A stretch of 64,000 bases of DNA from an uncultured delta proteobacterium (lineage in GTDB: Bacteria; Desulfobacterota; Desulfobacteria; Desulfobacterales; JAFDCJ01), in NCBI GenBank assembly GCA_963769935.1, contig CAVYNY010000036.1, positions 21,554 to 85,553 of the forward strand. The letters are read 5' to 3'. Position 1 is the first letter of the stretch; every line of letters starts with the position of its first letter. Below the pieces are notes generated by a model. It was not told the DNA's origin. It was given only the letters and a program-made list of their open reading frames with translations, and searched no databases. Position numbers and translations under genes: made by a program. Shown one piece after another: positions 57,137 through 64,000 of the stretch.

Positions 57137-58699
57137 ATGACTCAAAACAAGACTCACCAAAGCGAATTCGAGCGACTTGAAGCTCTCGAAAGAAGGGCCG
57201 AAACGGGCGGAGGCCCAAAAGCGATTGAGCGCCATCACCAGAGAGGCAAATTAACCGCCCGCGAACGGCTGGCACTGCTTTTCGATTCCGGCAGCTTTGT
57301 CGAGGTCAACAAGCTGGCTGAAAGCCAATCCGTTGATTTCGGCATGCAGGAGAAAAAGGTTCCCGGTGACGGTGTGGTCACGGGTTACGGAAATATTGCG
57401 GGACGCCTGGTCTTTGCCTATGCCCAGGACGTGACGGTGTTGGGCGGTTCGGTGGGTACGATTCATGGTCAAAAAATTTGCCGGATTATGGATGAAGCCA
57501 TAAAGGTTAAAGCGCCCCTGATCGCTTTGAACGATTCCGGCGGCGGCCGGCTGCACGAGGGCTTTTTTGCTTCCAAAGGAGTGGCCGGTATGTTTTATCG
57601 CAATACGGCCGCCTCGGGCTTGATCCCTCAAGTTACCGGAATGATGGGCTCCAGTGCCGGAGTTGCGGTGTACTCACCGGCGCTGACCGACTTTATTGTG
57701 ATGGTAAAAGGACGCAGCCACATGGTGATCACCGGTCCGGCAATCATCAAAGAGGTTACCGGCGAAGAAATCAGCCTTGAAGAACTCGGCGGTGCCAAAA
57801 TACACAGCGAAATCACCGGTCAGGCGCATTTTGTGGCTGAAAACGATGAGGAATGTATTGAAATCATCAAAAAGCTCCTCAGTTATCTGCCGTCCAACAA
57901 TGACGAGCCACCTCCTCATGTCAAAAGTGACGATGACCCCGACCGCGTCGATGACACCCTGGAAGCAATCGTTCCCGCTGATTTTAAAAAATCTTATGAT
58001 ATGCATCGGGTGATCATGCGGGTGGTGGACAGGGAGGATTTTTATGAAATCCTGCCGCGCTATGCCACCAACATCATCATCGGCTTTGCCCGCTTGGACG
58101 GCAGCACGGTCGGCATCGTGGCCAATCAGCCCAGAATCAAGGCCGGCTGTCTGGACGTGAATGCGTCCGACAAAGCCGCCCGCTTCATCCGGTTCTGCGA
58201 CGCATTCAACATTCCCTTAATCAACTTCGTGGATGTTCCGGGCTACTTTCCCGGCGTCGCCCAGGAGCATGCCGGCATCATCCGCCACGGCGCCAAAATG
58301 CTGTATGCCTATTCGGAGGCGACCGTGCCGAAAATAACGCTGGCCCTGCGCAAAGAGTACGGCGGCGCCGTGATGGGTATGTGCTGCGTGGGCATGGGCG
58401 TGGATCTCATGCTGGCCTGGCCCATCGCCCAGCTGGTGGTGCTGGACACCACGGCGGCGGTAAATCTTATCTTCCGCAGGGAAATCCAGGCAGCCGAGGA
58501 TCCTGATGCGTTCAGACTGCAGAAAATAAATGAATATGACTACAAGTATTCAAATCCCTATCACGCGGCCTCCAATATGCTGGTGGACTCCGTCATCAAA
58601 CCGCGTGAAACCCGGCCCCGGCTGATCAGGGCGTTAAAGATGCTCAGAAACAAAAAAAGACCGGAACCGAATAAAAGGCATGGAAACATGCCGTTATGA
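57137..58699 (+). CDS. Acyl-CoA carboxyltransferase/decarboxylase subunit (PccB/MmdA family)
   Basis: GKLTARERL, PGDGVVTG, DSGGGRLHEG, RFCDAFNIP, DVPGYFPG, IIRHGAK, KRHGNMPL. Confidence 0.93.
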   Translation: MTQNKTHQSEFERLEALERRAETGGGPKAIERHHQRGKLTARERLALLFDSGSFVEVNKLAESQSVDFGMQEKKVPGDGVVTGYGNIAGRLVFAYAQDVTVLGGSVGTIHGQKICRIMDEAIKVKAPLIALNDSGGGRLHEGFFASKGVAGMFYRNTAASGLIPQVTGMMGSSAGVAVYSPALTDFIVMVKGRSHMVITGPAIIKEVTGEEISLEELGGAKIHSEITGQAHFVAENDEECIEIIKKLLSYLPSNNDEPPPHVKSDDDPDRVDDTLEAIVPADFKKSYDMHRVIMRVVDREDFYEILPRYATNIIIGFARLDGSTVGIVANQPRIKAGCLDVNASDKAARFIRFCDAFNIPLINFVDVPGYFPGVAQEHAGIIRHGAKMLYAYSEATVPKITLALRKEYGGAVMGMCCVGMGVDLMLAWPIAQLVVLDTTAAVNLIFRREIQAAEDPDAFRLQKINEYDYKYSNPYHAASNMLVDSVIKPRETRPRLIRALKMLRNKKRPEPNKRHGNMPL

Positions 58700-58993
58700 A
58701 TCCGCAAATGCATTTAAATCAGAAGATTAAATGCTGAGATGAACTATTGAAAATTCCAAATCCCAAACCTCAAATCACAAACAAATCACAATGATCAAAA
58801 TTAAAAATTCCAAACAAATTGAATAAATCTTAATAACTTACAAATAAGTTTCGGTCATTGGTTGTTTGAATTTGAGATTTATTTGGAATTTGGTGCTTGA
58901 AATTTGGAATTTAATATTAACGCAGACGATCACAGAGTTGATGAAAATGCTGATCATTTACATTCAAGAATATAATTAGAAAGGATTGGTATC

Positions 58994-60142
58994 ATGAACT
59001 TCGATCTGACCAAAGAGCAGCAAATCATTCAAAAAGCCGCTCGGGAATTTGCCAGAGGCGAATTTACCGCCGTAGCCCGGGACCTTGATCTTAATGAAGC
59101 GTATCCCACTGAAATCGTCAAAAAAGCAAGAGAACTGGATCTGATCGGCCTTTTTATTCCCGAGGCGTATGGCGGACCGGGCTTGGGATTTTTGGAGCAG
59201 GCGATGGTGCTGGAGGAGTTTTGGAAAGTCGATCCGGGAATCGGCCAGCAGCTCAGTTCCATTACCTTCGGCGCCGAAGAGTTGATTCTATTTGGGACCG
59301 AGGCGCAGAAGAAAAAATGGCTGCCGCCCCTGTTCGACGGCGATGCGGTAATGGGCTTTGCCATTACCGAACCGGATGCCGGCAGCGACACGGCCGCAGC
59401 GACCACAACCGCCGTCAGGGAAGGCAACGAGTATGTAATCAACGGCAGCAAGGTCATGATCGGCAACGGCACGGTGGGCACCTTCATGCTGGTTTACTGC
59501 CTGACCAGTCCCGACGAGGAGCGCAAAACCGCCCGCCACAGTATTCTGATCGTCGAGACGGATCGCAAAGGGTATAAGGCCGATCCCATGCACGGCAAAA
59601 TGGGGCTGCGCGCCTCCGACACCTCGGCCGTGTATTTTAACAATGTCAGGGTCCCCAAGGAGAATTTGCTGGGTGCCGAGGGCAACGGGTTTATTCAATT
59701 AATGAAATTTTTCGACCACTCGCGAGCCTATGTTGCCGGCCACGGCGTCGGACTGGCCCAGGGTGCCCTGGACATGGCCATTAAACATGTCAAAGGCCGC
59801 AAGCAATTCGGCCGCCCCATCGGTTCTTTTCAGGCCACCCAGTTTAAAATAGCCGATATGGCAACCAAGGTCGAGACGGCCCGTGCCATGGTTTACAAAT
59901 CCGCCTGGCTGCTGGACCAGGGCAAACCCGACACCAAACTGACCGCCATGGCCAAGCTCTATGCCTGCCATACGGCCGTGGAAGTTGTGGACGAAGCCCT
60001 GCAGCTTCACGGCGGCTACGGCTATTTCAACGACTATGATATCGAACGCTTCTACCGCGCCGCCAAAGTGCTGGAGATTTATGAAGGCACCAAAGAGGTG
60101 GAAAAAATTGTCATATCGAGGGAGATTTTGGGGAAGCTGTGA
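58994..60142 (+). CDS. Acyl-CoA dehydrogenase
   Basis: FAITEPDAGSD, INGSK, KMGLRASDT, RKQFGRPI, QLHGGYGY, IYEGT. Confidence 0.95.
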   Translation: MNFDLTKEQQIIQKAAREFARGEFTAVARDLDLNEAYPTEIVKKARELDLIGLFIPEAYGGPGLGFLEQAMVLEEFWKVDPGIGQQLSSITFGAEELILFGTEAQKKKWLPPLFDGDAVMGFAITEPDAGSDTAAATTTAVREGNEYVINGSKVMIGNGTVGTFMLVYCLTSPDEERKTARHSILIVETDRKGYKADPMHGKMGLRASDTSAVYFNNVRVPKENLLGAEGNGFIQLMKFFDHSRAYVAGHGVGLAQGALDMAIKHVKGRKQFGRPIGSFQATQFKIADMATKVETARAMVYKSAWLLDQGKPDTKLTAMAKLYACHTAVEVVDEALQLHGGYGYFNDYDIERFYRAAKVLEIYEGTKEVEKIVISREILGKL

Positions 60143-60638
60143 ATTTTTGCATTTATAATTCCGGAGAAACATCGCTGAGAATTGATAGATGCCCCAACCT
60201 TTTTATGAGTAAAGAATCCTGGCCCAGAGGACCAAGCTTTGACTTCACCCCGGAGGAGTGGTTTTTAGCCATCTGATAGCCAGTGGAATAATGGAATGTC
60301 GGAGATCCGCCTTTGGGGAGTGAAATAATGGAGTATTGGGTGCCATAAGGCCATTACGGGCTTATTTTATTTTCTGATTTGCAGAATTAGACTTATCGCA
60401 GGTTATTGAGGTGGCTGCTATCCTGAGGCTCTGGATAGTATCACAGAATTAGCATCATCTATATTTTCCGGAAGTTTTTTATGCAAACGCGGCGGAAGCG
60501 GCCCACCAAACTACATAGGGGAGCATGGCAGGCGCAAATTGAAAAACGAATTGAATTGATCTTATAGCTGGGACAAATGGCAATGGTATTTAGTCAACTC
60601 AGTCAACAACGTCCCTGATTTTCCCGGGGCTTTAATTT

Positions 60639-63600
60639 ATGCATACTTCCATGATATTTGTCCGCCGGCAGCAGGGATCCAATGTCAGCTTTGGCTTGAT
60701 TTGCAGGCTGCATTTGTTTTTGCTGGCTTTTTTCTGCTTCTTTTTGTTCCATTCCCTGACTTACGGAGCTGAATTAAAAGAAGAAAAGCGGGTTCTGATC
60801 CTTTTTGATGGCCAGAGTGATCTGCCAGCGTACCCATTAGCAGAAAAAGGCATCAAGTCAAGCTTAAAGGCGGGCACGGATTTTCACATGGAATATTTCA
60901 TCGAATATTTGGATCTCTACCGCAATCCCGACCAGACTTACTATCAGTTTTTGCTTGATATATACCACCACAAGTTTTCCAGGCAAAAGATCGATTTGAT
61001 TATTGCGTACGGCACCCAGTCGCTGAGTTTGGTAGTCGCCCACGGTAATGACCTTTTTCCGCAAACCCCCGTTGTTTTTTCCGCAATCCCGCGGGAAAAA
61101 CTTAAGGAGCTGAATTTAAGTCCCATGGTTACCGGTGTCCTGGCAGATATCGATTACGCCGGGCTGCTGGAAACCGCGCTCAAGATCCATCCGCAGACCC
61201 GGCACGTTGCAATCGTGAATGGGGCCTCCCAAACCGATCTGTTGTTGGAAAAAGAATTTCGAGAAGCACTTCGCCCCTATACCAGGCGACTCGACTTCAT
61301 TTACCTGACGCGTCTGCCGCTGGGTAAAATTTTAGAAAAAGTCCGAGATCTACCGGAAAATACGGTCATTTTATTCTACCTCCTGACCCGGGACGGCGAC
61401 GGCAAAGGCTTCCCTCCCTGGCAGGCTGTTTCCATCGTGGCTGAGGCAGCCAATGCACCGGTGTATGGCTGCCTGGAAACGTATCTCGGGCATGGCATTG
61501 TCGGTGGGAGGCTGTCCAGTTTCGAAATGTTAGGCTTTAAGGCCGGCGAGATGGGGCTGCGTATTTTGAGAGGCGAAAAACCCTCAGATATTCCCATGTC
61601 GGGTCAGGGCACCATCATCAATCTGTATGACTGGCGTCAGCTAAAACGCTGGGGAATCCCTGAAGACCGGCTGCCCCCCGACAGCATCGTGCGGTTTAAA
61701 ACCCCGTCATCCTGGGAGCTCTACCGCTGGTACATTGTTGCCGCAATCTTAATTATCCTGGTTGAATTCGGGCTGATTTCTTTTTTGGTGAAGCAGCGGG
61801 CGCAGCGCCGCCGGGCTCAAGCCGAACTCGCAGAACGATTGGGTTTTGAGGAGATGCTGTCCGCGCTTTCGGCCCGTTTCGTGAACCTGCCCCCGGAGCG
61901 GGTGGATCCGGAAATAAGGCGCGTGTTGGAATCGATCGGTAAAGTCTTCGACCTGGATCGGGTCAGCATATTTGAAGTATCGGAAAATGACCAAAAGCTG
62001 CATCTCGTTCATTCTTACAAAGATGCCGATATTAAAGTGCCTCTCTCTGAAATCCCATTCGAGCAGCTTCCATGGGCCAGACAAAAGTTATTCAACGGTG
62101 AGACGCTTATTTTTTCCGATTCTGAAGACTTGCCCGCCGAAGCCGGGGCGGAAAAGAATTTCCTTCGTGCTCAAGGCATCATTTCGGTGGCTGCGATCCC
62201 CTTATCGACCGGCAAGAAAATGCTGGGTCTGATGTCACTCACAATGCTGAGGCACCGCCAAAAATGGCCGAATGAGCTCATTCGACAATGCCGGCTGGTC
62301 GCGGAGGTTTTTGCCAATGCACTGGTGCGCAAACAGCACGAAGAATCACTGATGCAGGCCGAGGCGAAATATCGAACAGTGGCCGATTTTACCTATGATT
62401 GGGAGTACTGGGCGAACTTTGACGATACGCTGGAATACGTCTCCCCAGCCTGTGAACGCATCAGTGGCTACACGACCCGGGATTTCGTTGATAACCCGTC
62501 ACTTTTCAGAGAGATTATCGCACCGGAGGATCGTGATATATGGGACAAGCATTATCGTGATTCTCGACAGGAGCCAAAAGCACACGAGATTCAATTTCGT
62601 ATTCAAAGACGGGACGGACAGATCCGCTGGATTGAACACAGCTGCCAGCCGGTGACAGACGATCAGGGCGGCCTGCGGGGTTTTCGCGCCAGCAACCGCG
62701 ATGTTACGTCCCGCAAACTCGGCAGAGATCGACAAGCTCAATGCCTACACGGAAATTGAGCAGTTGAAACACCAGCTGGAGGCTGAAACTGCTTACCTGC
62801 AGGAGGAAATCAAGCTGGAGCACAATTTTGAGAGTATCATCGGCCAAAGTGCCGCCCTCCAATATGTCCTTTACAAGGTAGAACAGGTCGCCGCTACCGA
62901 TTCCGCTGTTCTGGTTCTGGGCGAAACCGGTACCGGTAAGGAATTAATTTCCCGGGCTATCCACAACAACAGTCTGCGCAAGGCCCGCCCCCTGGTGAAA
63001 GTCAACTGCGCCACCCTGCCGTCACACCTTATCGAAAGCGAGCTGTTCGGCCACGAGCGCGGCGCTTTTACAGGGGCCCAGACCCGGCAAATGGGTCGGT
63101 TTGAAGTGGCCAACGGCACCAGTATTTTTCTGGATGAGATCGGCGAATTGCCATTGGAGCTGCAGACCAAGCTGCTGCGGGTGCTTCAGGACGGGGAATT
63201 CGAACGTCTGGGAAGTCCCCGCACGATCAAGGTCGATGTGCGGGTGATTGCCGCCACCAACCGGGACCTGGAAGCTGAAGTCCGCCAGGGCCGCTTCCGG
63301 GAAGATCTCTTCTACCGCTTAAATGTTTTTCCGATTACGGTGCCGCCGTTGCGGGATCGGATCGAAGACATTGCCCTGCTCGCCGACTTTTTCGTTGAGA
63401 AAGCGTCCAGAAGGATGGGCAAATCCATTGAACTCATACCGGAGGGTGTGATGAAGAAGTTACAGGATTACCCCTGGCCCGGCAACATCCGGGAGCTGGA
63501 AAACGTGATCGAGCGGGCGGTCATCAACAGCTCGGGGCCCAAACTGCGTTTGGCGGATGATCTGAGCCGGCCGGTTCATAAAGACATGCCAAAAGATTTG

Positions 63601-63756
63601 AAAAGTCTGGAAGAGATCGAACGGGACTATATAACCAGGGTCCTTGAGGAAACCCAATGGCGCATTGATGGACCCAACGGCGCTGCCCTGATTTTGGATA
63701 TGAACCCTTCCACCCTGCGCTCCCGTCTGCGCAAACTGGAGATTAAAAAACCATAG
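60639..63756 (+). pseudogene. Membrane-anchored sigma54-dependent activator (periplasmic ABC-binding-like sensor + GAF + PAS + AAA + HTH) split by a +1 frameshift
   Basis: ORF 60639-62759 ends ...RDVTSRKL; ORF 62701-63756 continues AEIDKLNAYTEIEQLK...GETGTGKE, GAFTGA, FLDEIGE, WPGNIREL. One extra base near 62720. Confidence 0.8.
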
Positions 63757-64000
63757 GGGTTTAGACGTTCAAAGGTTCAGTGCTCGGAGGTTTGAGTCTT
63801 CGCCTTCGGCTTTGCCCCCACGCGCAGGGTTCAGGGCAGCCTCTGGCCTGAAAAACGGCCAGTCTGATCGTAGAAGAAACTTACTGCAGAGCTTCATATT
63901 TAGTTTAGCATCAATAAAAAGATGAATGTCGAACATCGAACGTCCAACATCGAACGTCGCATGAATTAATTCTGCCCTGTTCGTGAGCTTTTGTGTCGAA

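Overview
A 64-kb bacterial window. Gene content and intergenic repeat style suggest an anaerobic Desulfobacterota-like (sulfate-reducer-type) genome; this is an inference. In order, the window holds: (1) a MoxR/DUF58/DUF4350/DUF4129/B-box/RDD membrane cluster; (2) an Aap/Bzt-type amino-acid ABC transporter; (3) an incomplete class I benzoyl-CoA reductase locus (bzdP, bzdQ, bzdV-like; no bzdN/bzdO) flanked by gene remnants; (4) a PhcB-like methyltransferase followed by a sigma54-promoted small ATPase-fold protein and a 6TM hybrid sensor kinase, a possible quorum-sensing module; (5) YqeB/YqeC/MocA molybdenum-hydroxylase maturation genes; (6) a ~25-kb catabolic cluster with TRAP transporter, xanthine-dehydrogenase-family Mo enzyme, thiolase, PaaK-like ligase, hydantoinase A/B, split B12 mutase, GntR regulator, family III CoA transferase, crotonase, carboxyltransferase and acyl-CoA dehydrogenase; (7) a frameshifted membrane-anchored sigma54 activator. 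The enzyme set in (6) matches the anaerobic indole-3-acetate (iaa) pathway, and a shared GTATAC operator-like motif links it to the selenium-cofactor genes in (5). Intergenic DNA is rich in inverted short-tandem-repeat cassettes. It also carries a 177-bp near-identical inverted repeat pair and a twice-occurring ~99-nt candidate structured RNA. No rRNA, tRNA, CRISPR array or transposase was recognised. All family assignments are by eye from motifs; no database searches were run.
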